DNA of 64,000 nt from sequence record NC_028780.1; one strand, given 5' to 3'. The translations under genes and the position numbers were made by a program. Source of the DNA: Escherichia phage slur07. The notes beneath the pieces are model-generated. The model did no database searches. It saw only the letters and a list, made by a program, of their open reading frames with translations, and was not told where the DNA came from. How positions within the stretch are numbered: the stretch's first letter is position 1; the number at the start of each line of letters is the position of its first letter. Below are positions 7,759-16,880 of this stretch, piece after piece.

Positions 7759-8724
7759 AAAACTGTAACTATCAATAAGGGTATCTACTTCGGTAAAGAA
7801 ATCTCTGGAACTTTTGAGCTCTTAGGTGAATGGTTCCCAGATAATGCTCCGGTAGATGCGCAAGGAGATGGTAAAGTTTTTGTTGAAATTGACGGTAAAC
7901 GTCGCGGTGTTTGGGTTTACAAATCAGACATTTCATATGATGGTGTAAAAGTTGAAGAAGTTAAAGAATCGTATGAAGATATGAAAACCCGCATTAATAA
8001 AAGATTTAATGTTATGGGAATGATGACGAATGGTATTATTAATGGAAATATTCGTTCATTAATTATCTCTGGTGCGGCGGGTATTGGTAAAACGTATTCT
8101 TTAGATAAAGCTTTAAATAAAGCAAATGATATTGGATACATTGAATATAAAAGCATTAACGGTAAAATCTCCGGTATCGGTCTTTATGAACAGCTTTGGA
8201 ATAATCGTGAAGAGAATTCTGTCCTTTTGATTGATGATGTGGATGTTTTCTCTGATATGGACATTCTTAATCTTCTGAAAGCTGCTCTGGACACTGGAGA
8301 GACCCGTAAAGTCTGCTGGAGCACCGCATCTTCTTACTTAGAAGAAAAAGGCATTGAGCGTGAGTTTGAATTTAAAGGAACGATTGTTTTTATCACAAAC
8401 GTTGACATTGACCGCGAATTAGACCGTGGTACTAAACTTGCTCCACATTTACAAGCATTAGTGTCCCGCTCAGTTTATTTGGATTTGGGTGTTCACACTA
8501 ATGAAGAAATTATGGTCAGGGTTGAAGATGTTATTCTTTCAACTGACATGATGCAAAAGCGCGGTCTTTCTGATGAAGAAACTTATAAAGCATTATCATG
8601 GATGAAAGTCAATGTTAATCGTTTACGCAATGTTTCACTGCGTACTGCTCTTTATCTTGCTGACTTTATTATGACCGACAAAAATGGTTGGGAAGAAATT
8701 GCTGAGGTTACTCTTCTGAAATAA
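7756..8724 (+). CDS. P-loop NTPase (AAA-like ATPase)
   Basis: 322 aa from ATG 7756; Walker A GAAGIGKT, Walker B VLLIDDVD, sensor-like FITN. Confidence 0.65.
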   Translation: MKTVTINKGIYFGKEISGTFELLGEWFPDNAPVDAQGDGKVFVEIDGKRRGVWVYKSDISYDGVKVEEVKESYEDMKTRINKRFNVMGMMTNGIINGNIRSLIISGAAGIGKTYSLDKALNKANDIGYIEYKSINGKISGIGLYEQLWNNREENSVLLIDDVDVFSDMDILNLLKAALDTGETRKVCWSTASSYLEEKGIEREFEFKGTIVFITNVDIDRELDRGTKLAPHLQALVSRSVYLDLGVHTNEEIMVRVEDVILSTDMMQKRGLSDEETYKALSWMKVNVNRLRNVSLRTALYLADFIMTDKNGWEEIAEVTLLK

Positions 8725-8822
8725 TTCATAAGAGGCCTTCTATGACAAAAAGGCAGTTCAGAAATAGATTATATGGACTGCCATCAAAAAGATGACTAGA
8801 ATTAAACTGGTAAATGGAGGTA

Positions 8823-9128
8823 ATGATGTTATACTCAAAGGCTCGTGAAATTTATGAAACTAAAATTAAAGAAGCAGTATTTCAGTTCGCAACAACGATG
8901 CGATGGACAAATGATTGGGAGTATTCAAAAAATCATAAGAAGTCCTTGGTGACAAGAAAGGCTCATATGTTAGTGTTAATAGACCGTGAGCAGATTAAAG
9001 CCCGAGAAGCCCTCCAGAATCATAAAAAGGCTGCCTTTGAATGGTTTATGGATAACACTGCTCCTGAGACTAAGAAAGCAGTGAGCGCGTGGTTCAGTGG
9101 AAAAAATTGTGAAAGAAGTTTCTTTTAG
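8823..9128 (+). CDS. hypothetical protein
   Basis: about 101 aa; SD ggagg 8816-8820; start ATG 8823 or 8826. Confidence 0.4.
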   Translation: MMLYSKAREIYETKIKEAVFQFATTMRWTNDWEYSKNHKKSLVTRKAHMLVLIDREQIKAREALQNHKKAAFEWFMDNTAPETKKAVSAWFSGKNCERSFF

Positions 9129-9130
9129 TT

Positions 9131-9191
9131 GTTTACAAGACCGTTCCTCTGTGGTACTATACAACTATCAACTACGGAGGAACAGAAAATG
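9131..9191 (+). repeat. PeSL-like early promoter/leader cassette (copy 3)
   Basis: GTTTAC 9131-9136, TACTAT 9155-9160; arms GTTCCTC 9143-9149 / GAGGAAC 9177-9183 can pair, enclosing -10 and SD; ATG 9189. Confidence 0.75.
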
Positions 9192-9716
9192 AATGCTAAA
9201 GATATTTTCAACTTGGTAAACTACAATGATGGTAAATTTAAATCTGAAGCTCAAAGCAAGTTCTTTAATGACATCTCAATTGGAGGTGAAATCACTGTTG
9301 ATGGAGGACAAATTTACAAATCACGTTGGAATTGGATCGTTATTATTGATGAGATTGGTATTGTAGAAATTTACAAAAATACGAATAAAAATCGTACATT
9401 ACACTGGTCTCGTGATACTAACGAACAGTACAAAAAGGATAAAGCATCTAAATTATCTCGTGTAACTCAAGAAGATATTGAGTTCATCAAGAAAGATATT
9501 TTGATGTATGATAACTTAATTGCTGAAGAGCAAGCTGTTATTGATAAATTTGATGAGATTAAAGCTTCTCGTGAAATTCCTGATTTTATGAAAGAATCAG
9601 TAAATGAACGATACACTCTCATTTCAGAGCGTATTGAAACTTACAAAAAGCAAAGAGCTGAACGCCAGAATACTCTTCGGAAGTTTGAAGAACGGTTAAA
9701 GACGGTACTCGCATAA
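9189..9716 (+). CDS. hypothetical protein with C-terminal amphipathic tail
   Basis: 175 aa; C-terminal charged helix ...RQNTLRKFEERLKTVLA similar in character to the next four large ORFs. Confidence 0.5.
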   Translation: MNAKDIFNLVNYNDGKFKSEAQSKFFNDISIGGEITVDGGQIYKSRWNWIVIIDEIGIVEIYKNTNKNRTLHWSRDTNEQYKKDKASKLSRVTQEDIEFIKKDILMYDNLIAEEQAVIDKFDEIKASREIPDFMKESVNERYTLISERIETYKKQRAERQNTLRKFEERLKTVLA

Positions 9717-9718
9717 CC

Positions 9719-9742
9719 GCTTTATACCAAGGATGGTATAAT
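9719..9742 (+). promoter_or_regulatory. putative MotA-dependent middle promoter
   Basis: cGCTTTA (MotA-box-like) 9719-9724, 12-nt spacer, TGGTATAAT with -10 9737-9742. Confidence 0.45.
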
Positions 9743-9771
9743 GGTTCTAAGCCCTTTTAATTGAGATTATT

Positions 9772-10179
9772 ATGAAACAGTTGATAATTAAAAGATTGAA
9801 TTTATTGATATGTTGTTTATGTATAGTAATTGCATATGGTTATTACGCAATTAATGATTATATGCATTATAAAGATTATGATGTTACTGTAGTTAATACC
9901 TTTACAGGAACTCAAGGAAAGGGGTCTAGTTTATCGTTTATTGCCGTATATGAACTAAATGACGGTTATAGATTTAGCGAATATATTTCACTGGAGATGT
10001 ATTCTTCAATAGAAAAAGGTGATAATATTACTGTAAGTTTACGTCCTTTCGACGTAAAACAGACATTGTTTGATAATATTGTTTGGTTCTTTGGAATGGT
10101 ATTAGTTCAATCTGTGTGTGGTGCTTATATAGTCTGTTCCATCTTATTCTGTATATTTAGTAAAATTGAAATTGAGTGA
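9772..10179 (+). CDS. membrane protein
   Basis: 135 aa; N-terminal TM (LNLLICCLCIVIAYGYYAI) and C-terminal TM (IVWFFGMVLVQSVCGAYIVCSILFCIF). Confidence 0.5.
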   Translation: MKQLIIKRLNLLICCLCIVIAYGYYAINDYMHYKDYDVTVVNTFTGTQGKGSSLSFIAVYELNDGYRFSEYISLEMYSSIEKGDNITVSLRPFDVKQTLFDNIVWFFGMVLVQSVCGAYIVCSILFCIFSKIEIE

Positions 10180-10186
10180 GGAAAAT

Positions 10187-11074
10187 ATGTCAGTAGTAAT
10201 TAATAATGTCAATGCAGTAATTAAATCTTTAGTTAATAAAAAATTGAATGAATGGACTGTACTTCGTCGTGGAGAGCCAGATAAATTTTTTCATAGATTT
10301 AACCCAACTTTGGATTTGAATGTTATTGACAGAGATGTTCATGCTGAAATATTAGATAAGTTTAAAGTTGATATTGGGTTTGGATTAGATAAACATTTAC
10401 AACGAACAAACGGGTCTGGAATGGGTTTATCTAATCGCATCATGAAAGCCCTTAATAAAATTGGAGCGTTGTCTCGTATTAATGCGAGTGAAATCCTTCG
10501 CAATTATAATAAAGGATATGACCTTTATGGTCGACTAATGCCGAAATTATCATTCGATCAAATGATTGCGGATTTGTGGGAAAATCAACGACGATTATTA
10601 GCATTAGGCGCTCGATTAGCTAAAGGTCTAGATAAACAAATGATTTTTAAGACCAATAATACAGAAGACCTTAAATGCTTTAAATTTAGTATTCGCGGCG
10701 ATGATTATTATATCAGAGCTCGCTCTACAGATTATGTTAATATGGGGCATCATCTCTGTTTAGCTTTTGAAGTTTTAAAAGAAGCTGGAACGTTAGAATA
10801 TTCATCTGGTGCTAAATGCCCGATTGGTTCAAATTGCATTTTAATTTATCGCCCGGATGAATCCAGTTTAACTAAATTTCCTACAAAACCTGTACCAGTT
10901 CGTAGTAATGAAAAACATTCTGAGCAAATTGATTATTTTAATAAGCAAATTGAAGAGCTGAATATTTCTATTCAACAATATGACGATGAAATTTTCAGAC
11001 TATCTGGACTGAGTAGTAAAGCTAAATCTGAACGTGAAAAATTAATTAAAATTGTTGATTTACTTAAATCTTAA
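10187..11074 (+). CDS. hypothetical protein, tandem array member 1
   Basis: 295 aa from ATG 10187 (TGAGGAAAATATG context); C-terminal tail ...KAKSEREKLIKIVDLLKS. Confidence 0.5.
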   Translation: MSVVINNVNAVIKSLVNKKLNEWTVLRRGEPDKFFHRFNPTLDLNVIDRDVHAEILDKFKVDIGFGLDKHLQRTNGSGMGLSNRIMKALNKIGALSRINASEILRNYNKGYDLYGRLMPKLSFDQMIADLWENQRRLLALGARLAKGLDKQMIFKTNNTEDLKCFKFSIRGDDYYIRARSTDYVNMGHHLCLAFEVLKEAGTLEYSSGAKCPIGSNCILIYRPDESSLTKFPTKPVPVRSNEKHSEQIDYFNKQIEELNISIQQYDDEIFRLSGLSSKAKSEREKLIKIVDLLKS

Positions 11075-11082
11075 GGAACACC

Positions 11083-12102
11083 ATGAAAACTCGTTCTCAA
11101 ATTGAAGATATGGTTCGTAATGCCAGCTATACTCGTGATGTTATGACATTTTTGTGCCAAAATAATTTAGACCCTGATAAAGTTAATCGTGATATTCACT
11201 TTAAATATATGAATAGCAGTGAATGGTTACGTCATTTTAGTAAAGCGGGGTATATTACACAAATGACTGCTCGTGAGCAGCTCACCGATTTCTGTAAAAC
11301 TATTGATTATAAAAATCCTCTATTTGTTCAAGGTGTTGGTCAGAGTAAGGTCGATTTATCATCTGGATTTTTCAATCCAAATCATTATCGTATTGAATGG
11401 AGATTTATTGCTCTATTCCGTAAACAATTAAAGCAAATTTTGTCGACGGCTAGTCGATTAAAAGGTTCTGATATTAACTTAAAGAATCTGAAATTTGATG
11501 GTTATACTCTTCAGATGGAAGTAAGACCATTAAAAGAAAATAATAGAACTGCACGAATTAGCTTTAAACCTAATACAAAAAATTCTCTTTCAATTTGTGA
11601 ATGCCTTAAATCACAGTTGACAGAAGCATTTAAGTATATGGATGTTGTTGCTGCTGTTCAATCTAAGATTTTACCTCGTTTTGAACGATTTAAGTTAGAT
11701 ACAACATCATATGAACTTGATATGATCGTTTCATTTAAATACGATTTTTTGAGAAAGGACGAAGTCCCGCAAGAGAAAAAGCAGGAAGTGCAAGATAACT
11801 TAAATTTATCCAATTACTTATCAAACGATCCTAAATTTTGGATGTATAGTTCAGGTAATAATGATGCATGGAAATTCAATAAAGTGAATTTTCTTCCTGT
11901 TGAAAATCCGAGTCTTAAACCTGTTGAAAAATGGCACGCGGATGCGATTGAGAAGTCTATCAAGGCAGTAGATGATGAACTCGTTAAAGCGACCAATGAA
12001 GTGCTAGAAGCTGAAAAGGCGTTAGAACAAGCTCAAGAAAAAGTAAAAAATCTCACGAAGCAACGTTCTAAACTGAACAATGCACTAAATGCACTGAACT
12101 AG
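11083..12102 (+). CDS. hypothetical protein, tandem array member 2
   Basis: 339 aa; N-terminus MKTRSQIEDM; C-terminal tail ...KQRSKLNNALNALN. Confidence 0.5.
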   Translation: MKTRSQIEDMVRNASYTRDVMTFLCQNNLDPDKVNRDIHFKYMNSSEWLRHFSKAGYITQMTAREQLTDFCKTIDYKNPLFVQGVGQSKVDLSSGFFNPNHYRIEWRFIALFRKQLKQILSTASRLKGSDINLKNLKFDGYTLQMEVRPLKENNRTARISFKPNTKNSLSICECLKSQLTEAFKYMDVVAAVQSKILPRFERFKLDTTSYELDMIVSFKYDFLRKDEVPQEKKQEVQDNLNLSNYLSNDPKFWMYSSGNNDAWKFNKVNFLPVENPSLKPVEKWHADAIEKSIKAVDDELVKATNEVLEAEKALEQAQEKVKNLTKQRSKLNNALNALN

Positions 12103-12131
12103 TTTACTTTGCCACAAGGATGTGGTATAAT
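12102..12131 (+). promoter_or_regulatory. T4-type early promoter
   Basis: GTTTAC 12102-12107, 18 nt, TGTGGTATAAT (-10 12126-12131); same promoter variant as 57128-57157. Confidence 0.7.
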
Positions 12132-12159
12132 GTTCTTACTTTCTACTGAGGAGATTATT

Positions 12160-13161
12160 ATGACTCGTAACGAATATATCAAATCATTCAATAGCGTTAT
12201 TGATGATAAAGCTATACCGATGTTTGGTCAAAATATCGTTCTTTCTATTATCAATCAATGGCTCAATAGTGTTGATGCAAGTATTGTTTCTTCTACTAAA
12301 TTTATTCATGAAATTCGTAAAATTTCTAGCCGTGTAGATAAAGATGTTATCAAGAAAACTTTTAAAGAGTCTCGTCTTCTTTCATATTTGGTTAATCGGG
12401 ATATTCTTGGTAATTTTGGGAAAGAAATTAAACGAACCAAAGATGTAGTAGGATATAATTGGTTCGGTGATGTTAATTCTTATCATCTTAATAATAAAGA
12501 AGACCCTGAGAATATTTTTACTCGTCGTTGGATTAGTAATTTCAGACTTTTCAAAGGACAAATTCTAAAATCAGCTTCTAAATTATGTTATGGCGATTAT
12601 CGTCAAATTCATCCTTTGGCTTCTGATATGATTATCGTAAAAGAATATGAGCTTGATGAAAATAAAGTAGCTATTTTTGTGAATTATGGATTTTTTACAC
12701 CAAACGCTAACCAAAAGAATATTAATAAATTTTTCTCAATTGCTAGCACTATAACTCGTCAGTTAGAGACTGCATTACTTTGTATGGAAACAGTAGAAAA
12801 TATTCATACATATCCTTTTAAGAATATATGCGGATGGGAAGGATATAAAATTGTAATTAGTCTTCGTGAAGTGAAATGTGCTTATTCACCGACTGATAAA
12901 GAAATTTACCAACAAAAATGTGAAGAAATTGTGAATACTCCTAAAGAAGAAACTACACTTGAGGAACTAATGGATAATCTTGATGATTCGCCTGAATCGG
13001 TAGAAATTCGTCCAGAAGTTATTGCATTAGAAAAAGCTTATAAAGAAGCTCTAGAAATTTCTAATAAAGCGCAGAAAGAATATGAGCAGGCTAAAAAGAT
13101 TTGGGAAGAATCCGTTAATCGTCTTGATCGTCTTGAACAAGCTTTACAGTTAATTAAGTAA
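12160..13161 (+). CDS. hypothetical protein, tandem array member 3
   Basis: 333 aa from ATG 12160; track start 12109 translates the promoter; C-terminal tail ...SVNRLDRLEQALQLIK. Confidence 0.5.
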   Translation: MTRNEYIKSFNSVIDDKAIPMFGQNIVLSIINQWLNSVDASIVSSTKFIHEIRKISSRVDKDVIKKTFKESRLLSYLVNRDILGNFGKEIKRTKDVVGYNWFGDVNSYHLNNKEDPENIFTRRWISNFRLFKGQILKSASKLCYGDYRQIHPLASDMIIVKEYELDENKVAIFVNYGFFTPNANQKNINKFFSIASTITRQLETALLCMETVENIHTYPFKNICGWEGYKIVISLREVKCAYSPTDKEIYQQKCEEIVNTPKEETTLEELMDNLDDSPESVEIRPEVIALEKAYKEALEISNKAQKEYEQAKKIWEESVNRLDRLEQALQLIK

Positions 13162-13213
13162 TTTAAAGCCAAGGATGGCTCGGAGTATAAACCATTAACC
13201 AAGTGAGAAGAAT

Positions 13214-14143
13214 ATGAAAACTCGTAAACATTATATTGATTATTTTGACAGTCTTATTACTAAACATCGTAATTATCAGATAGGACACAGAGCAGTAATC
13301 AATAATATTCTTCGTGATTTCCTTCAATATGTTGGTCAGGAAAATCATATCTGTAAAGATACTCAAACCGCTTATTCTCATTCGTTAGGCAATTTGCTTG
13401 AATGGTTTAAACGTTCTCGTATGTTATCTTCTACTGTAGCTCATGAGAACATTAAAAACTTTATGAAGCCGAGCTTCATTAAATCTGAGACATCTATAAC
13501 CGATTTGGTTGAATTTACTATTGTTAATGATGTTAAAAAGACTCATTTGGCTGATTGGTTTTCTACCATTCCTGAAACTAAATTTGCTGATAAATTTGCT
13601 TGTCAATTCAATGACCAAGTGAATATGCTTTTTAAGCATGCTCGCAAACTATTTACCGCGGGCGATGACCGTACAAATACAGTTCATGTTAAGGACTGGG
13701 TTATTGCTGATGAAGTAACACACAAGCCAGGTGGTTCATCAGTATTAATTAATATCCAGGTTCCTTATTATTACTCACGTAATCTTGGCACCATGACAGC
13801 TAAAGAAATTAATAAGCACAACAAAACTATTCGTTCGTTGTCTTATAAACTCCGCATGATGTTAAAAATTATGGACGTAGTGGAAATGTATGACGAAACC
13901 GAAGATAATGGTTCAATGTTATACAGTTCACGCATTCTAATTAAACTGAAGAACCCTAATACATATAAGACAGTTGTAAAAGAGCCTAAAGTAGAAAAGG
14001 TTGATAATCTGAGTGAAGAACGTGAATATCTCAATGCCCGTTTGATTGAAGTTGAAGCCCAAATTACAGAACACGCCAAATTGTTAAAAGCTCTTAATGC
14101 AAAAGCAAATGGTTTACGTAATGCTATTGAGGTATTGAAATGA
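13214..14143 (+). CDS. hypothetical protein, tandem array member 4
   Basis: 309 aa; N-terminus MKTRKHYIDYF; C-terminal tail ...[15 protein letters not shown]. Confidence 0.5.
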   Translation: MKTRKHYIDYFDSLITKHRNYQIGHRAVINNILRDFLQYVGQENHICKDTQTAYSHSLGNLLEWFKRSRMLSSTVAHENIKNFMKPSFIKSETSITDLVEFTIVNDVKKTHLADWFSTIPETKFADKFACQFNDQVNMLFKHARKLFTAGDDRTNTVHVKDWVIADEVTHKPGGSSVLINIQVPYYYSRNLGTMTAKEINKHNKTIRSLSYKLRMMLKIMDVVEMYDETEDNGSMLYSSRILIKLKNPNTYKTVVKEPKVEKVDNLSEEREYLNARLIEVEAQITEHAKLLKALNAKANGLRNAIEVLK

Positions 14144-14529
14144 AAAAGCGTTTATTAGAAGACATTGCAGCTTCAAGTAATTCCAGTTTAATTAAAATTA
14201 TTATGGCTGGTGAGGAAGATGATATGGAAATGCGTGGAAAGATTCATGGCTGCGACGATTTAGATTTTAAACCTCCAGCATGGGATGCTATTATGGCTAT
14301 GGTTGAACGACGTGAAAGAGCTTCTAAAAACGTTCCTAATTGCCCTGAATGCGGTACTGAACAAGTTCAATTGATTAACTGGCGTAAACCAGAGCTTGAA
14401 TATAAATGCCGTCAATGTAAACATAAATTCAGTAAGCATGCTCCGGAAATGGTTAAATTGCCTGACTCTACTGAGTTCTTTAAAGAACTTGTGAGTGTTC
14501 AACCAATGCCTAATAATATTTTGGATTAA
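14140..14529 (+). CDS. zinc-ribbon protein
   Basis: 129 aa; CPECG...(17)...CRQCKHKF four-Cys ribbon. Confidence 0.45.
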   Translation: MKKRLLEDIAASSNSSLIKIIMAGEEDDMEMRGKIHGCDDLDFKPPAWDAIMAMVERRERASKNVPNCPECGTEQVQLINWRKPELEYKCRQCKHKFSKHAPEMVKLPDSTEFFKELVSVQPMPNNILD

Positions 14530-14531
14530 AA

Positions 14532-14774
14532 ATGACCAAGCGTAAAGAATATATGGAGGCTGCTGAAAAGGCAGTCCGTGAATTAGCAATAGCTTATTAT
14601 AATGAACATGGTAAATTTCCTGATAGATACAGCGTGCTTAAATCTGCTTTAACTCGTTCATATAAAAATATGCTATCAGAAGTAAGTGATATTATATACA
14701 AACATAAAGAACAAACGGGCCAAAGTCTTGATTACGACGAGACTTTTAAACAAGTACTAGGAATTAAGGAATAA
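14532..14774 (+). CDS. hypothetical protein
   Basis: 80 aa ORF immediately upstream of nrdC. Confidence 0.4.
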   Translation: MTKRKEYMEAAEKAVRELAIAYYNEHGKFPDRYSVLKSALTRSYKNMLSEVSDIIYKHKEQTGQSLDYDETFKQVLGIKE

Positions 14775-14776
14775 AT

Positions 14777-15040
14777 ATGTTTAAAGTATATGGTTATGAT
14801 AGCAACATTCATAAATGTGTGTATTGCGATAATGCAAAACGTCTTTTGACCGTGAAGAAACAGCCGTTTGAATTTATCAACATTATGCCGGAAAAAGGTG
14901 TTTTTGATGATGAGAAAATCGCTGAGCTTCTGACTAAACTAGGTCGTGATACTCAAATCGGCTTGACAATGCCCCAGGTATTTGCTCCCGATGGAAGTCA
15001 TATTGGTGGATTTGACCAACTGCGAGAATATTTTAAATGA
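14777..15040 (+). CDS. nrdC: thioredoxin/glutaredoxin (NrdC)
   Basis: 87 aa; CVYC active-site CxxC; size and position upstream of gene 49/nrdD as in T4. Confidence 0.8.
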   Translation: MFKVYGYDSNIHKCVYCDNAKRLLTVKKQPFEFINIMPEKGVFDDEKIAELLTKLGRDTQIGLTMPQVFAPDGSHIGGFDQLREYFK

Positions 15041-15252
15041 TGCTCGAAGGAACTGACTATATTCATGATTACCGCGGAAGCGCGGTATATGTAGGTGATG
15101 AAGTTGCAGTTTATTATGGGTATGGAACTTTGATGACAGCCAAGGTTATTCAAATTAAAAATAATCGTGCTAAACTCGAAGTTTATTATTCTAATGGTGA
15201 AAAGTCTATTTCTAAGTGGAAATACGGCGATTGTATGGTTAAATTGGGGTAA
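15037..15252 (+). CDS. hypothetical protein
   Basis: 71 aa; ATGA-coupled to nrdC. Confidence 0.4.
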   Translation: MMLEGTDYIHDYRGSAVYVGDEVAVYYGYGTLMTAKVIQIKNNRAKLEVYYSNGEKSISKWKYGDCMVKLG

Positions 15253-15254
15253 AT

Positions 15255-15425
15255 ATGATTTACGATATTAATGTATCACGAGCTCCGTCAATGGTTACTA
15301 TTCCAGCCGAAGAACTAGATCGTCTTCAGAAAATTGAAGAACTTCTTTGGGAAATTGAATGTGACCTGCCATCAGGACTAGAATCCTGGATTGATGATGA
15401 AGAACTTAATAAATTGCGAAATTAA
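15255..15425 (+). CDS. hypothetical small protein
   Basis: 56 aa ORF not in track; acidic. Confidence 0.3.
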   Translation: MIYDINVSRAPSMVTIPAEELDRLQKIEELLWEIECDLPSGLESWIDDEELNKLRN

Positions 15426-15435
15426 TTGGTGAAAA

Positions 15436-15756
15436 ATGACTATTGAAAATAAATTAGATGTTGATGCAGTTCTGAGCGAAATCATTGAAGACCATGATGC
15501 ATTTTCGGAAAACTATGATTTCGATTTTTCCGATTATCTTAAACCTGTCGAAATAGAAGACTGGGTGCAAGATGGTAAATGTCAATATCGTCAGTGTGTT
15601 TACTTTAGTCCAAAACATAATGTACATGTGGCTGTAAATGAATCTCGGTCAGGTTCTTATCATTCTGACTGGTATTATGCAGTTCCGACTGTTGAACTAG
15701 TCGAGCCCCATGAACGTGTAGTAACTCAGACAGTACGAGAATGGATTACGCTATAA
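15436..15756 (+). CDS. hypothetical acidic protein
   Basis: 106 aa ORF. Confidence 0.4.
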   Translation: MTIENKLDVDAVLSEIIEDHDAFSENYDFDFSDYLKPVEIEDWVQDGKCQYRQCVYFSPKHNVHVAVNESRSGSYHSDWYYAVPTVELVEPHERVVTQTVREWITL

Positions 15757-15879
15757 AACCTTGGTGGGCGGCTAGATGGGAAACTGTAGAGCCAGAGCCG
15801 GAAGAACCGGTTTACACTGATGAAGAAACGGTGTATAATGAACCTACAATAAATGACATAATTGATATGGAGATGGGAC

Positions 15880-16299
15880 ATGATTACAGTAGATAAGTGG
15901 TTTAGAATTAATCGTGCTGATACAGGGCTGTGTAATTACTGGCCGGAACTTAGTGCAGGTAATGTCTTTAAAGTTCGTGAACTTGCAAAAGAATGTGAAG
16001 ATGATATAGAGCCTGATACTGGAATTATTGAAATTGAACTTTCTGATGGAAAGATTATTAACATCTACGATAAGCCAATTACGTATTGGTGCTTGTGGAA
16101 TACTGAATCAGTAGAAAATGGCGAAATTGAAGAAGTTGTAGAGCGAACTAATCAAGTTGTTCAGAAGCCTAAAGCCGATTTTCAAGGTGAACGTATTTCA
16201 TATGCATTAGCTAAATTAGCTGCACAAGAAAATAACGATGGCTATGAAGGAAATTTGATGCAAGCTGCGGCAGAATATATTGAATGGCTTGAAACCTAA
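15880..16299 (+). CDS. hypothetical protein
   Basis: 139 aa from ATG 15880 (SD ggag 15869-15872); track start is a TTG at 15862. Confidence 0.4.
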   Translation: MITVDKWFRINRADTGLCNYWPELSAGNVFKVRELAKECEDDIEPDTGIIEIELSDGKIINIYDKPITYWCLWNTESVENGEIEEVVERTNQVVQKPKADFQGERISYALAKLAAQENNDGYEGNLMQAAAEYIEWLET

Positions 16300-16406
16300 A
16301 TTTCTTTTTCTGACCAAAAGATTCGGCAATATAAGCGATTGAATCAAATGTTTTACAATACTTGAAAATAATAAATACCCTTATCTATTTAAGGTAAGGG
16401 TTTATT

Positions 16407-16880
16407 ATGTTATTGACTGGCAAATTATACAAAGAAGAAAAACAGAAATTTTATGATGCACAAAACGGTAAATGCTTAATTTGCCAACGAGAACTAAATC
16501 CTGATGTTCAAGCTAATCATCTTGATCATGACCATGAATTAAATGGACCAAAAGCAGGAAAGGTACGTGGATTGCTTTGTAATCTCTGCAATGCCGCAGA
16601 AGGTCAAATGAAACATAAATTTAATCGCTCTGGTTTAAAGGGACAAGGCGTTGATTATCTTGAATGGTTAGAAAATTTACTTACTTATTTAAAATCCGAT
16701 TACACCCAAAATAATATTCACCCTAACTTTGTTGGAGATAAATCAAAGGAATTTTCTCGTTTAGGAAAAGAGGAAATGATGGCCGAGATGCTTCAAAGAG
16801 GATTTGAATATAATGAATCTGACACCAAAACACAGTTAATAGCTTCATTTAAGAAGCAGCTTAGAAAGAGTTTAAAATGA
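16407..16880 (+). CDS. 49: recombination endonuclease VII (Holliday junction resolvase)
   Basis: 157 aa (T4 gp49 length); Zn site CLICQ...C..C and HLDHDHE motif; ATGA-coupled to nrdD. Confidence 0.85.
   Translation: MLLTGKLYKEEKQKFYDAQNGKCLICQRELNPDVQANHLDHDHELNGPKAGKVRGLLCNLCNAAEGQMKHKFNRSGLKGQGVDYLEWLENLLTYLKSDYTQNNIHPNFVGDKSKEFSRLGKEEMMAEMLQRGFEYNESDTKTQLIASFKKQLRKSLK

Noticed and set aside
8725-8822. Imperfect inverted repeat (GGCAGT ... ACTGCC) in the intergenic region after the ATPase gene
   Set aside because: Short 6-bp stem with an ~18-nt loop and no T-tract or promoter context; insufficient to call a regulatory element.
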